DNA of 64,000 nucleotides from Polyangiales bacterium (GCA_044229975.1 JBGARZ010000002.1:544001-608000), one strand, 5' to 3'. Numbered from the stretch's first letter, positions 50,341-60,408 are shown. The notes: generated by a model from the sequence alone, not told the origin. Made by a program: numbers and translations.

Positions 50341-51655
50341 GGATCACGTCGAGCACGGTGCGATTCTCGGGGCGGAAGTACTGAGCGGCGACGCGCTGCA
50401 CGTCGGCCGGGGTGACCGCGAGGTAGCGATCGAGCTCGGTGCGGAGCAGCGCGGCGTTGCCGTCGTACATCTCGAACTCGGCGAGGCGGCGCGCGCGGGC
50501 GAGGTTGCTCTGGATGCCGAACACGAACCCGCGGCGGTAGAGGTTGCGGGCCTTGTCGAGCTCGCGCGCCGTGATCCCGTGCGAGGCGATGTCGGCGATC
50601 TGGCGGTAGATGACCTCGCGCGCCTCGGCGGGCTGATGGCCGCTGGCGAGCACGCACCACACGGTGAGCACGTCAGGGCCGCGGCGGTCTTCGGTGTCGA
50701 CGGAGATCTCGCTGGCGATCTCGCGGGTCTTCACCAGCTCCTGATAGAGCCGCGAGCTCTCGCCGCTCGCGAGCACCGTCGCGAGGATGTCGAGGGGGTA
50801 GTGGTCGGGCGTCCGCCGCGGGGGGATGTGATACGAGAGGTGGAAGGCGGGCAGCGGGGCGAGGCGGTCTTCGATCGTTCCGGTGCGCTCCTCGGTCTGC
50901 GCGGTGAAGCCAGGGTCGGTCCACGCGGGGGCGTGGCGCGCGGGGATGGCGCCGAAGTGCTGGCGAACGAGCGCGAGCGCGGCCGCGGGCTCGAAGTCCC
51001 CGGAGAGCGCGATGACGGCGTTGTCGGGCGCGTAGTAGCGATCGTGGAAGGCGCGAACGTCTTCGAGCGACGCGCGCTGGAGGTCGGCCATGTCGCCGAT
51101 GACGCTGTGCTCGTAGGGCCAGTAGCCGCGAAACGCGAGCGTGTCGCGCTCGATGAACGACAGCGCGTAGGGGCGGTTTTCGTAGGACTGCCGTCGCTCT
51201 TCCATCACGGTCTGCCGCTGGTTTTCGAAGTTCTCGGCGGTGATGGCGAGCGAGCGCATGCGGTCGGCTTCGAGGAAGACCCCGACCTCCAGCGCGTTGC
51301 TCGGCAGCGTCTCGAAGTAGTTGGTGCGGTCTTCCGAGGTGGTGCCGTTGAGCGAGCCGCCCTGCGTGCTGATGAGGCGGAAGTGCTCGCCCTTGCCGAC
51401 GTTGGCGCTGCCCTCGAACATCATGTGCTCGAAGAGGTGCGCGAAGCCTGAGCGCCCGCGCTCCTCCACCCGCGCGCCGACGTCGTAGTAGACCGCGATG
51501 GCCACCGTCGGGGACGTGTGGTCGGGGCTCATCACCACCCGCAGCCCGTTGTCGAGGCGCTCGACCTGCACCGGAACGGGGAGTTCCTGCCCCTGGGCGA
51601 CGCCGGCGGAGGTGATGCACCCCGCGGCCAGCCACGTCGCGACCCTCGTGCCCAT
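50213..51655 (-). CDS. M16 family zinc peptidase, catalytic subunit
   Basis: LDNGLRV, GFAHLFEHMMFEGS, NGTTSEDRTNYF, YYAPDNA; alternative GTG start at 51670. Confidence 0.92.
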   Translation of the reverse strand: MGTRVATWLAAGCITSAGVAQGQELPVPVQVERLDNGLRVVMSPDHTSPTVAIAVYYDVGARVEERGRSGFAHLFEHMMFEGSANVGKGEHFRLISTQGGSLNGTTSEDRTNYFETLPSNALEVGVFLEADRMRSLAITAENFENQRQTVMEERRQSYENRPYALSFIERDTLAFRGYWPYEHSVIGDMADLQRASLEDVRAFHDRYYAPDNAVIALSGDFEPAAALALVRQHFGAIPARHAPAWTDPGFTAQTEERTGTIEDRLAPLPAFHLSYHIPPRRTPDHYPLDILATVLASGESSRLYQELVKTREIASEISVDTEDRRGPDVLTVWCVLASGHQPAEAREVIYRQIADIASHGITARELDKARNLYRRGFVFGIQSNLARARRLAEFEMYDGNAALLRTELDRYLAVTPADVQRVAAQYFRPENRTVLDVIPRAAAPAAAPAAAPARPAAAPARPAAPARPAAPARPTAPAAR

Positions 51656-51937
51656 TCGACCTTTGACCACCGCGATCCTCCGTTCAACCGCGCCGGGCGC
51701 GCGGCGACGGCGGGAGTAGCACCGGCGAGAGACAACCTTCAAGCGCAGACGCCCCTCCGCCCACGCCTCGCCCCGACAGCTTTCCCGATCCTGAACAAAC
51801 CATGAACCTACCTGCGACCCGAAACCGGAATCGCGCCTCCAACGTAGGGATTCGAGACCTAGGCGGACCCTCGACACGGCGACCGCCGAGCTCAACACAG
51901 GACGTACGACCACAACCGCACGCGAGGAGAACATTCC

Positions 51938-52219
51938 ATGGCGAGCAACGAGACGACGACAGAACGTTCGGCCGGCAACGGGGGTTCGGGGGAATCAACA
52001 GGGGACACGACCGCGGCGGCACCGCGGAAGAAGCAGCGACGCGGCTTCGCGGCGATGGACCCATCGAAGCAGAAGGAGATCGCGAGCAAGGGAGGCAAGG
52101 CGTCCCACGCCCATGGCACCGGCCACGAGTGGAACGCCTCCAGCGCCCGCGACGCTGGCCGCAAGGGTGGCCTCGCCTCTCACGGCGGCCGCGGCAAGGA
52201 TCACCGCAACCCCGTCTGA
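51938..52219 (+). CDS. KGG-repeat general stress protein
   Basis: RGFAAMDPSKQKEIASKGGKASH, ARDAGRKGG; GAGGAG SD. Confidence 0.92.
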   Translation: MASNETTTERSAGNGGSGESTGDTTAAAPRKKQRRGFAAMDPSKQKEIASKGGKASHAHGTGHEWNASSARDAGRKGGLASHGGRGKDHRNPV

Positions 52220-52227
52220 CCTGTCCG

Positions 52228-53280
52228 CTACGACTCCCCTTCCCGAGCTTCGATCGACTCGACGGCCCATGCCGCCATCCGTGATGACGCATCGCTGCCC
52301 CGCGCCGCGTGTTCGCGGAGCACGGGCAGATGGCGGCGTGTGCCGACGTTTCCGAGGACCATGGCGGCGTTGCGCGCCATCCGCTCCCAGCCGGGGCGCG
52401 CGAGCGGCGAGCCTTCGGCGAGGTCGCTCCATGCTTCGGCTGTCATCGTGAGAATCGCGGCCGGGTCGACGTCTCGCCAACGCGGGTCGGGCGCAAACGC
52501 GACCGTGCCCTCGCGAGGAGGTGGGGCCGTGCGGTTGAAGGGGCACACGTCCTGGCAGTCGTCGCAGCCGAAGATGCGATCGCCAACGCCCGCTCGCAGC
52601 GACGGATCGATGTCGCCGCCGTGCTCGATGGTGAGGTAGCTGATGCACCGACGCGCATCGAGCACCTGCGGCGCGACGAGGGCGGCCGTGGGACAGCCGT
52701 CGAGGCAGCGGGTGCAGGTTCCGCAGCGCTCTTCCATCGGTGCGTCGGGCGGCAGCGTGAGGTCGGTCACCACCTCGCCGAGCATCAGATAGCTTCCGAG
52801 TCCGGGCGCGATGATGCAGCCGTTGCGGCCGACGAAGCCGACCCCGGCGCGGCGAGCCCAGGCCCGTTCGAGCACCGGCGCGGTGTCCACCATCGGTCTC
52901 GCCTCTGCGCCGTACTCGCGTCGCAACCAGGCTGATAGCTTGCGGAGCTTCTTGCGGAAGAAGTTGTGGTAGTCGCCGCCGCGCGCGTACCGGGCGATGG
53001 TGGCGCCGGGCATGGGCGAGCGCTCGTCGCCGCGGTGGTAGGAGAGCGCGCAGACGATGACCGTGCGCGCGGTGTCCAGGATGCCTGGTCCGCGCACGTC
53101 GCGTCGGACGTCGGCGTTGTCGGCGAGCCAGGACATCTCGCCGTGATGTCCAGCGGCGATCCAGGCGAGGTAGCGGTCGTGGTCATCGACGAGGGCGCCG
53201 ACCTCCGCGAAGCCGACGCGGTGGAAGCCCAGCGACCTCGCGCGGGCCCGCACGGCGTCGCGACGATCGAAGTCGGTCAC
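52228..53280 (-). CDS. queG: Epoxyqueuosine reductase
   Basis: ARYARGGDYH, VDTAPVLER, CGTCTRCLDGCPT, CISYLTIE, FGCDDCQDVCPFN. Confidence 0.95.
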   Translation of the reverse strand: MTDFDRRDAVRARARSLGFHRVGFAEVGALVDDHDRYLAWIAAGHHGEMSWLADNADVRRDVRGPGILDTARTVIVCALSYHRGDERSPMPGATIARYARGGDYHNFFRKKLRKLSAWLRREYGAEARPMVDTAPVLERAWARRAGVGFVGRNGCIIAPGLGSYLMLGEVVTDLTLPPDAPMEERCGTCTRCLDGCPTAALVAPQVLDARRCISYLTIEHGGDIDPSLRAGVGDRIFGCDDCQDVCPFNRTAPPPREGTVAFAPDPRWRDVDPAAILTMTAEAWSDLAEGSPLARPGWERMARNAAMVLGNVGTRRHLPVLREHAARGSDASSRMAAWAVESIEAREGES

Positions 53281-54359
53281 CTCGCGACGCGGGCCACGGC
53301 GCGCACCACCGTCGGCTCGTCGTCCTCGAAGACGGCGGCCCGCGGCGCGGCGAGCGAGGCAACTGAGGCGGAGGCACCGCGCGGGTCATCGGTGCCGTCA
53401 CGCACCAGCGACAGGGCGCCCGCGCTGGTGACGGTCTCGACCTCGTCCATGAACTGATCGACCCGCGCCGCGCCGAGCTGACCGGCTACGAGCAGCTCGT
53501 TTCGCAGGGCGGGGTTGCCCTTCACCATGCCCGCGAGCGCGCCAATGGAGTCGAAGGTGCGGTGCAGGTCATTGACCGCGCCGGCCATGCTGCGCTCCAT
53601 GCGGGACATGCGGCGGCGGAGGTCTTCGGTCTCGTTCTGGATGGCGGCGAGCTCGCTCGTGGTGCGCTCGACGTGGTGGATGAACGTGTCGCGCTCGCGC
53701 CGCAGGTCGAGCACCTCTCGCACGAGCACTTCGGGCGCCTGGGCGTCGGCCAGCGCCACCTGACGCGGCAGCCACACGACGAGCGTGCCGCCGACGAACA
53801 CCGCCGAGCCGCCGAGCTGCGACGCCTCCTGGCTCACCCACCGGCCCTCTTCCGCGAGCACTGCGGCGCTGGTCGCGTCGTCTTCCCACGGAAACTCCAG
53901 GCCCACGCGCTCGGCCTCGATGCGAACACCCAACGTCACCCAGCCGTCGGTCTGCACCGCCGCCGCCCGCTCGATGAGGAAGGCCATGATGCGCCGCAGA
54001 CCGCCGCCGTCGACGAGCACCACCGCCGAAGGCGCGCGGCACTCGATGCGCAACCGAACGGGGCCCTCGCCGTACTCGTCGGCGAGCTTCCACGCGAGCG
54101 CCACCACATCGATGGAGGTCGACTGCGCCGCGCTCCGTTGCAGCACGCCACCGTAGAGCGCGTGCAGGTGGAAGAGCGCCGTGTGCAGCGAGCGCACCGC
54201 GTCGCGCAGCGCACCGAAGCTCGGCCCGTGGTCTCCGCCCATCGCGCGCAGCTCGGAGGAGATGCGATCAGCCGCCCCGTGAGCCGCCGACAGCAGCGGC
54301 CGCGTCATCTGGACGCGCGCGTCGTCTCCGTCCCGATCGTCACTGTCATCGCGAGCCAT
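53277..54359 (-). CDS. Degenerate histidine-kinase-like protein with coiled coil
   Basis: HATPase-like segment lacking N/G boxes, then a heptad coiled coil and a DHp-like helix without His. Confidence 0.55.
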   Translation of the reverse strand: MARDDSDDRDGDDARVQMTRPLLSAAHGAADRISSELRAMGGDHGPSFGALRDAVRSLHTALFHLHALYGGVLQRSAAQSTSIDVVALAWKLADEYGEGPVRLRIECRAPSAVVLVDGGGLRRIMAFLIERAAAVQTDGWVTLGVRIEAERVGLEFPWEDDATSAAVLAEEGRWVSQEASQLGGSAVFVGGTLVVWLPRQVALADAQAPEVLVREVLDLRRERDTFIHHVERTTSELAAIQNETEDLRRRMSRMERSMAGAVNDLHRTFDSIGALAGMVKGNPALRNELLVAGQLGAARVDQFMDEVETVTSAGALSLVRDGTDDPRGASASVASLAAPRAAVFEDDEPTVVRAVARVAR

Positions 54360-54380
54360 GAATTGCGCTCCAGTGCCGCT

Positions 54381-55889
54381 ATGATTCACGACTCGCACGC
54401 AAACGCCAAGACGTCGTTGACGCCAAATCTCACGAGGCTCCCGCTGACTCCGTTCTGTCCGCCCGCGCCGACACCGCTTCGCCTCGCGGTCATCGCCCTC
54501 CTGACGCTTCTTTGCGTGGTGACGGCGGCCTCGGCGCACCCCCTCGGGATGTCGTCGATCAACCGCTACGCCGGGGTGCGGTTGCACGCCGAGCACCTGG
54601 AGCTCGATTACCTCCTCGACTACGCCGAACTCCCTGCCTGGAGGGAGATCGAGACCCTCGACACCGACCACGACGAGCGCGTGACACCCGCCGAGCGCGA
54701 CCGCTACCTCGACCAGGTCGCGGCCCAGGTGCTGGCCTCCCTCACCCTCGTCGTCGACGGCGTGGCCGTGACCCCCACCGTCGCCGCCCGCAGCCTCGAC
54801 GCCCCGCCCGGCCAGAACGGTCTCAGCACCCTCCGCATCGCCCTCGAACTCCGCGCGCCCCTTCCCCCGATCGCGGGCGTGCGGAATACCAATGTTCGTA
54901 TTCACGACGACCTGTACGCGCGGCGCGACGGCTGGCGCGAGCTCGGCGCCCTCCCCTCTCCCACCGCCACGCTGCGCTCGTCCACCCTCCCCGCGTCGAC
55001 CACGGGCGCTGGTCCGCAGCTCGCGTACCCCGTCGACCCGCGCAACCCGACCGCCGTCCGCGCCGCGATGCCACGCCAGGACGACGCGACCTTCGTCTTC
55101 GAGCGCCACCCTCCCGACGACTCCGCGAGCGCTGCTACGGCGCGGCCGCGGATGCCCACCGGGGAAGGCGATCCGAGCGGTCGTCGCCTCGCGGGGCTGT
55201 TGCGATCCGTCGATCGTACCTGGGGCTTCGCGCTCTTCGCCCTCGCCCTCGCCTTCGGGTTGGGAGCGGGACACGCGCTCTCGCCAGGTCACGGCAAGAC
55301 GCTCGTCGCGGCGTGGATGGTGGGCGACCGCGGCCGACCGCGCGACGCCGTGGTGCTCGGCTTCACCATGGCGGCGACGCACACGCTGTCGGTGTTCGTG
55401 CTGGGGATGTTCGCGCTGCCCCTGGAGGCGCGCATCGGCAGCGACAAGCTGCTCCGCACGCTGGAGCTGGTCGCTGGAACGCTCGTCGTCGGCCTCGCCG
55501 TGACGCAGCTCCCTGCGCGTTGGCGACGGTGGCGAGCTGGTCCCGTGGAGGTCGCGCCCGGCGAGACGACAGCACCCGCGGTGCCCACCACACGATCGAT
55601 CGTGGCGATGGGCGTGAGCGGCGGGATCGTTCCGTGTCCAGGGGCGCTGGTGGTGCTGCTGACGGCGGTGGCGCTGCACCGGGTGGCCTTCGGCCTCGGG
55701 CTGCTGGTGGCGTTTTCGCTCGGGCTCGCTTCGGTGCTGACGGCCATCGGGCTGTCCATCGCCTACGCCCAACGTCGCGTGACGACGCGATGGCGCACCC
55801 CACGGCTGATGCTGCTGGTGCCCGTGCTGTCGTCGGTCGTGGTGCTCTCGCTGGGTGCGCTGCTCGCGGCGCGTGCGCTGGCGCGCTGA
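54381..55889 (+). CDS. Nickel/cobalt transporter (RcnA/HoxN-like) with an N-terminal exported domain
   Basis: AHPLGMSSINRY, GAGHALSPGHGKT, GIVPCPGALVVLL; start uncertain. Confidence 0.8.
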   Translation: MIHDSHANAKTSLTPNLTRLPLTPFCPPAPTPLRLAVIALLTLLCVVTAASAHPLGMSSINRYAGVRLHAEHLELDYLLDYAELPAWREIETLDTDHDERVTPAERDRYLDQVAAQVLASLTLVVDGVAVTPTVAARSLDAPPGQNGLSTLRIALELRAPLPPIAGVRNTNVRIHDDLYARRDGWRELGALPSPTATLRSSTLPASTTGAGPQLAYPVDPRNPTAVRAAMPRQDDATFVFERHPPDDSASAATARPRMPTGEGDPSGRRLAGLLRSVDRTWGFALFALALAFGLGAGHALSPGHGKTLVAAWMVGDRGRPRDAVVLGFTMAATHTLSVFVLGMFALPLEARIGSDKLLRTLELVAGTLVVGLAVTQLPARWRRWRAGPVEVAPGETTAPAVPTTRSIVAMGVSGGIVPCPGALVVLLTAVALHRVAFGLGLLVAFSLGLASVLTAIGLSIAYAQRRVTTRWRTPRLMLLVPVLSSVVVLSLGALLAARALAR

Positions 55890-55908
55890 CCTCTGCTATG
55901 GCGCCGCC

Positions 55909-56571
55909 ATGAGCCTTGCCCGCACGCTCGAACCCGAGGCGATGGACACCCCCGAGGAGACCGACGCCTACGACGCCATGGACCACGGCGCCGTCAACCG
56001 CGCCTTCGTCACCGACCTGCTCGCGGTGGCGCCCGCTCCCGTTCGCGTGCTCGACCTCGGCGCCGGCACCGCGCTCATCCCCATCACGCTCGCCCACGCT
56101 GCCCCGAGCGCTCGCATCACCGCGGTCGACCTCGCGGCCACCATGCTCCGCCGCGGTGCCGAGCACGTCGCGCGAGAGAAGCTCACCGCGCGCATCGGTC
56201 TCGTCGTCGCGAGCGCCACGGCCCTGCCCTACGCCCGCGGCGCCTTCGACGTGGTGGTGTCCAACAGCCTCGCGCACCACATCCCCGAACCCGCGCTCTT
56301 CTTCGCGGCGGTGGCCCACGTCGCTGGAGACGGCGCGGTGTTTGTTCGCGACCTCGCGCGGCCCGACTCGTCGGACGCTGTCGATGCGCTGGTCGAACGC
56401 TACGCCGCGGGCGAGACCGAGCCGGCACGCGAGCTCTTCCGCGCGTCGTTGCACGCGGCGCTCACCGTGGATGAAGTGCGTGTCATGGCCGACGCGGCCG
56501 GGCTCGCCGACGCGACGGTCGCCATGAGCAGCGACCGCCACTGGACGCTCTCGCGACCCGCCAGGGTCTAG
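55909..56571 (+). CDS. Class I SAM-dependent methyltransferase
   Basis: LEPEAMD...YDAMDH, VLDLGAGTA, SNSLAHH, RDLARP, SDRHW. Confidence 0.88.
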   Translation: MSLARTLEPEAMDTPEETDAYDAMDHGAVNRAFVTDLLAVAPAPVRVLDLGAGTALIPITLAHAAPSARITAVDLAATMLRRGAEHVAREKLTARIGLVVASATALPYARGAFDVVVSNSLAHHIPEPALFFAAVAHVAGDGAVFVRDLARPDSSDAVDALVERYAAGETEPARELFRASLHAALTVDEVRVMADAAGLADATVAMSSDRHWTLSRPARV

Positions 56572-59222
56572 GCTTCGGCGGCGGGCGGCGCGACGTCGCA
56601 GTCGACGATCTCGAAGAGACCATCGGCGAGGTCGGCCTTCGCGATGAGCGTGACGGCGGGCGCGCGCACCGAGATGGCGAGGTCAGCGAGCGCGGGCGCG
56701 AGGCGCGCGGCCGTGATGGGGCTCACCGCGACGGAGAGCCGCAGCACCATGCGACCGACGCTCGCACCGAGCTCGCTCTTGCGGCGGTTGATGGCGTTCA
56801 TGGCGGCGGTGGCGAGCGAGAGGAGCTCGGGGTCGGCCGGCGCTTCGACGTCGGCGAAGTCACGCGACGAGGGCCACGGCGCGCGGTGCACCGACGGGTG
56901 CCCGGTCTCCACCGCGAACACCCACGACCAGACCTCTTCGGTGATGTACGGCAGCACCGGCGCGAACAGACGCAGCAGCACGCTCAGGCCCAACCGCAGC
57001 GCCGCGACGGCCGACCCGCGCGCGGCGGCGTGTTCGTCGCCGTCGGTGCGGGCGCGGCCCTTGGCGAGCTCAAGGTACGAGTCGGTGAACCACTGCCAGA
57101 AGAAGGCTTCGGTGCGCTCCAGAGCGCGGGCGTAGTCGAGGTCGTCGAAGTCCGCCGAGGTGGCGCGCGCCAGCTCGCTCAACGCGTGCACGAATGCGCG
57201 ATCGAGCTCCGACGTGATCGGGTGCGCCTCGGCCTTCTGCGAGAGCACGTACTTGCCCGCGTTGTAGAGCTTGGTGACGAGGCGCCGGCCGACCTTGAAC
57301 ACCTTCTCGTCGAAGGCCGTGTCGGTCCCGAGTCGCGCGCACGCCGCCCAGTAGCGGACACCGTCGGCGCCGTACTGCTCCAACAGGTGCATCGGCGTGA
57401 CGACGTTGCCCTTGCTCTTGGACATCTTCTTGCGCTCGGAGTCGAGGATCCATCCCGAGATGGCGACGTGCTTCCACGGGATCGTCCCCTCGTGGAGCAT
57501 CGCCTTCGCGATCGTATAGAACGCCCACGTCCGGATGATCTCGTGGCTCTGCGGGCGCAGATCCGAAGGGAAGAGCCGCGCGTGGCGCTCGGCGTCGACG
57601 CCCCACTGCGATCCGATTTGCGGCGTGAGCGAGCTCGTGAACCACGTGTCGAACACGTCGGCCTCGGCGGTGAACCCGTTGGGTTGATCGCGCTGCGAGG
57701 CGCGGTAGCCCGCGGGCAGATCCACCGTCGGATCGACCGGGAGCTGCGCGCGCGGCGCGATGATGGGGCGCTCGTAGAGGGGCTGTCCCTGGGCATCGAG
57801 CGGGTACCACACCGGAAACTGCACCCCGAAGTAGCGCTGCCGTGAGACGCACCAGTCGAACTGGAGGTTCTCCGTCCAGTTGCGATAGCGGAGGCGCATG
57901 AACTCGGGGTGCCACTCGACCTTGTCACCGTACGCGAGCAGCTCTTCCTTCTTGTCCAGCAGCCGCACGAACCACTGCCGCGTGGTGATGAACTCCAGCG
58001 GCTGGTCGCCCTTCTCGAAGAACTTCACCGCGCGCTCGATGGGCTTCGGATCGCCCTCCAGCGGCGCGCCCATGCCCTCGCGAGCGGCGTGTTCGGGGCG
58101 TCGCAGCATCTCCACGACGACGGTGCGGGCCTGCTTCACACCGCGGCCGACGAGCGTCGCGTAGGCGGCGTTGGCGGCGGCCGGGTCGCGGCTCTCGAAG
58201 GTCGCGTCGCCGAAGGTGACGGGGATGAGCCGACCGTTGCGACCGATGATCTGACGGAGCGAGAGGCGCTGCTCACGCCACCACTGCACGTCGGTCTGAT
58301 CGCCGAAGGTGCACACCATCAAGATGCCAGTGCCCTTCTCGCGGTCGACGAGGGTGCTCGGGAAGATGGGGACCGGCGCGCGGAAGATGGGCGTGAGCGC
58401 CGTGCGGCCGAAGAGGTGTTGGAAGCGCGGGTCGTCGGGGTGCGCCGTGACGCCGACACACGCGGCGAGCAGCTCGGGGCGCGTGGTGGCGATGGTGAAG
58501 CGCTCGTCGCCGCCCTCCACCGCGAAGGTGATGTTGTGAAACGAGCCCTGGGTGGGGCGGTCTTCGAGCTCGGCCTGCGCGATGGCCGTCTGGAAGTCGA
58601 CGTCCCACATGGTCGGCGCCTCGGTCGAGTAGAGGTGGCCCTTGTCGTAGAGGTCGAGGAAGGAGATCTGCGCGACGAGACGGCTGTGGTCGTCGATGGT
58701 GGCGTACTCCTGACGCCAGTCGACCGAGAGGCCGAGGCGCGTCCACAGGGCCTTGAAGACCTTCTCGTCCTCGTGCGTGAGCGACTTGCAGAGCTCGATG
58801 AAGTTGGGGCGTGAGATCTCGCGCGGAGCGACCTTGTCCTTCTTGGAAGGCTCGGGGGCGGCCTCGACAACGAGGCCCGGCTCGTAGGGGACGTGGACGT
58901 TGGTGCGGACGTTGAAGTGGTTCTGCACGCGGCGCTCGGTGGGCAGGCCGTTGTCGTCCCAGCCCATCGGGTAGAAGACGTTGAGCCCGCGCATGCGCCG
59001 CTGCCGCGCGATGACGTCGGTGTGCGTGTAGCTGAACATGTGCCCCATGTGCAGCGAACCGGAGACGGTGGGCGGGGGCGTGTCGATGACGAAGGTCTCC
59101 TCGCGCGGTCGCGAGGGGTCGTAGTGGTAGACACGCTCGGCCTCCCAGCGGGCGGCGAGGCGGGTCTCTGCTTCGTTGGGTTCGAAGTGCTTGGGGAGAG
59201 CGTCGGGGTCGATGGTCTTCAT
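56568..59222 (-). CDS. valS: Valine--tRNA ligase
   Basis: IDTPPPTVSGSLHMGH, GWDDNGLPTERRVQ, ATTRPELL, DWCVSRQR, KMSKSKGN. Confidence 0.96.
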   Translation of the reverse strand: MKTIDPDALPKHFEPNEAETRLAARWEAERVYHYDPSRPREETFVIDTPPPTVSGSLHMGHMFSYTHTDVIARQRRMRGLNVFYPMGWDDNGLPTERRVQNHFNVRTNVHVPYEPGLVVEAAPEPSKKDKVAPREISRPNFIELCKSLTHEDEKVFKALWTRLGLSVDWRQEYATIDDHSRLVAQISFLDLYDKGHLYSTEAPTMWDVDFQTAIAQAELEDRPTQGSFHNITFAVEGGDERFTIATTRPELLAACVGVTAHPDDPRFQHLFGRTALTPIFRAPVPIFPSTLVDREKGTGILMVCTFGDQTDVQWWREQRLSLRQIIGRNGRLIPVTFGDATFESRDPAAANAAYATLVGRGVKQARTVVVEMLRRPEHAAREGMGAPLEGDPKPIERAVKFFEKGDQPLEFITTRQWFVRLLDKKEELLAYGDKVEWHPEFMRLRYRNWTENLQFDWCVSRQRYFGVQFPVWYPLDAQGQPLYERPIIAPRAQLPVDPTVDLPAGYRASQRDQPNGFTAEADVFDTWFTSSLTPQIGSQWGVDAERHARLFPSDLRPQSHEIIRTWAFYTIAKAMLHEGTIPWKHVAISGWILDSERKKMSKSKGNVVTPMHLLEQYGADGVRYWAACARLGTDTAFDEKVFKVGRRLVTKLYNAGKYVLSQKAEAHPITSELDRAFVHALSELARATSADFDDLDYARALERTEAFFWQWFTDSYLELAKGRARTDGDEHAAARGSAVAALRLGLSVLLRLFAPVLPYITEEVWSWVFAVETGHPSVHRAPWPSSRDFADVEAPADPELLSLATAAMNAINRRKSELGASVGRMVLRLSVAVSPITAARLAPALADLAISVRAPAVTLIAKADLADGLFEIVDCDVAPPAAEA

Positions 59223-59360
59223 GGTGTTCCGTGAGGGGCGCGGAAGTTATCACCGCGCGTCCGGTGGTGTGAGCGCGGCCACCGCCCGCCTGCGCCTCGC
59301 TTGCGAAGCCGTGCGCGAGCCGTCATCGTGCGCTCCGAATTGGAGTACGAGCGAGCAACG

Positions 59361-60347
59361 ATGCTTCCGACGAGATCCCTCCCCGGCTTGATGTTGCTGA
59401 TCGTTCTCGCAGGCTGCGCCACGCAGAGCGCCCAGGGGGACGACGGCCTCGGCAATGACGTTCCGACCAAGCCCGAAGACAGCGGCGAGCCCACCGTCGA
59501 CGTCACCGTCCCCGACATGGACTCTGGTCAACCGGACGACAGCGCGACCGACCCCGACACCGGCTCGAAGGAGGCCGACACCGGGACGCCCATCACCGAC
59601 CGGGGCGGCAACGTGACCGACACCCAGGTCGCGCGCGACGAGGGCTTGCCGACCGATCGCGGCACCGCCAACTGCGCCGCGCAGTCCAACTGCACCGCCT
59701 GCACGGCCTTTCCCTCGTGCGGCTGGTGTGCGGTCACCGGGCGCTGCGTCGACGGAACCGCCACCGGCCCCGTCGGCGGAACCTGCGCGATGGGCTGGGC
59801 GTGGATCGCCTCCGCCTGCACCTCGGTCGATCCGTGCGCGGCATCGACAACGTGCACCACCTGCGCGACCCAGGCGGGCTGCGGCTGGTGCGGCGCCACC
59901 GGCCGGTGCGTAACCGCCAACACCGCGGACACAGGACCCGCGACGGGCGTGTGCGCCTCCGCGTGGGCGGGCACCACCGCGGCGTGCACCGTTGCGCCGC
60001 CCGACCCGTGCAACGCCAACACCGACTGCTACTCGTGTGGCCAGGCGAGCGCTTGCGGCTGGTGTCGCGCGACCAACCGCTGCATGACGGGCACGTCCAC
60101 CGGCCCCAATCCCATCTACGGCGCGTGCACCAACTGGGCGTTTCTCTCCAGCCAGTGCACGCCCGCGGTGACCGACCCATGCCGCACCAGCAACGGCGAT
60201 TGCAGCAGCTGCGTGGGCCGGAGTCAGTGCGGGTTCTGCCGCGACACGAACACCTGCCACACCGGTAGCTCCGGCGGTCCGACCGACCGCGCCTGCCGCA
60301 GCGGGCGCTGGTACTGGGACCCGTTTCTCGGCATCTGCTTCTCGTAG
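59361..60347 (+). CDS. Cys-rich lipoprotein with four PSI-like (CGWC) repeats
   Basis: Lipobox LAGC; 4 x C..C..C....CG(W/F)C.....C. Confidence 0.8.
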   Translation: MLPTRSLPGLMLLIVLAGCATQSAQGDDGLGNDVPTKPEDSGEPTVDVTVPDMDSGQPDDSATDPDTGSKEADTGTPITDRGGNVTDTQVARDEGLPTDRGTANCAAQSNCTACTAFPSCGWCAVTGRCVDGTATGPVGGTCAMGWAWIASACTSVDPCAASTTCTTCATQAGCGWCGATGRCVTANTADTGPATGVCASAWAGTTAACTVAPPDPCNANTDCYSCGQASACGWCRATNRCMTGTSTGPNPIYGACTNWAFLSSQCTPAVTDPCRTSNGDCSSCVGRSQCGFCRDTNTCHTGSSGGPTDRACRSGRWYWDPFLGICFS

Positions 60348-60408
60348 ACCCGACGCGCGACCCGCCCGTCTCCAGCGAACCCCAACCCCACCGCTGGAGG
60401 TCTCCCCG

